Shown here: positions 63,501 to 64,000 of the stretch, one piece after another
Layout of the letters: the number at the start of each line of letters is the position of its first letter
How positions within the stretch are numbered: position 1 is the stretch's first letter
Assembly (NCBI GenBank): GCA_043228905.1
Contig: JBHGNT010000011.1
Span: 1,364,001 to 1,428,000, forward strand
DNA from: Azolla caroliniana
Taxonomy: Eukaryota > Plantae > Polypodiophyta
Direction: 5' to 3'
Length of the DNA stretch: 64,000 nt
The notes under the pieces: generated by a model
The model's input: only the letters and a program-made list of their open reading frames with translations
Databases searched by the model: none
What the model was told of the DNA's origin: nothing
Made by a program: the position numbers and the translations under genes

Positions 63501-63815
63501 CGCAATAGCCAGCCATGAGGCGTACAGTTTTCTAGATGGATTTAGCAGATACAATCAGATCCGGATGCACCCTGCTAATCAGGAGAAAATGACATTCGTT
63601 ACTGAATGGGGAGTGCTCGTCGTGGTGGTGATGTTCGAACTCAAGATGGCACCGGCAACGTTCCGGTGGATCATTATAGAAATATTGGGGGAATACATTC
63701 CAGCCTTTATGCAAGTGTTTCTAGATGATTTCGCAATCTATAGCCGGAAGGGAGAACACTTGGACCATCGCCGAATGTGTCTGGAAAAGTGTCGAGATTC
63801 CCGGTTGAGCCTAAA
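60600..63815 (+). pseudogene. gag-pol: Degenerate non-chromovirus Ty3/Gypsy gag-PR-RT (Athila/Tat-like), apparently cut off near 63815
   Basis: Gag YPYAKYRDEPDVEAHVYAF, double Cys/His knuckle CTTCLNPGH...CMLCHSRSH, PR VVDGGSSVN, RT RVCVDYRKLN, FLDGFSRYNQI and VFLDDF. Confidence 0.85.
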
Positions 63816-64000
63816 TATTAGAGACATGTACTAAAGTAAGCATTAGATAAGGATAGATCTAGGTAGATAGAAAGAAAGGAGAGAGAGAAAGAAGGGCGCC
63901 GATCCACCCGACCACCCCCAGGCGAAGGGATCGACACGGACTCGAGCCTCGATCGGCGTCCCATACCACCGTCGTGGCGTCGAGTCGTACCTGGTGCTGG

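Noticed and set aside
63816-64000. Start of another inserted element
   Set aside because: The sequence changes abruptly after the RT, but the window ends before any diagnostic feature.

Overview
Eukaryotic, transposon-saturated window with no recognisable host gene. The element types (iMet-primed Copia, Tcn1-like chromoviruses, tRNA-Trp-primed Gypsy, RTEX-like LINE) and GT-AG introns point to a non-seed land plant such as a moss or lycophyte; this is inference. Most of the 64 kb is nested, decayed LTR retrotransposons whose ends I resolved by LTR pairs, PBS/PPT and target-site duplications (TSDs). The exception is an apparently intact 9,180-bp DNA transposon at 9715-18894, with 36-bp TIRs (35/36 identical) and a 4-bp TSD (GATA). 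It carries a 926-aa Sola1-like DDD transposase on the minus strand. Divergently, it carries a six-exon gene of about 974 aa that fuses a ParB/Srx-like domain to a bacterial-type beta-class amino (6mA/4mC) DNA methyltransferase. Intron 1 of that gene holds nine CpG-rich 25-bp palindromes. This transposase + ParB-MTase + palindrome array is the best candidate for an undescribed system, possibly a transposon that marks its own DNA. Secondary observations: Tf1-type self-priming signals and antisense tRNA-like modules in Tcn1-like LTRs, CpG-centred 4-bp TSDs in a Gypsy family with a non-autonomous partner, and a LINE inserted in a (CT)n tract. All calls come from reading motifs by eye; no database searches were run.
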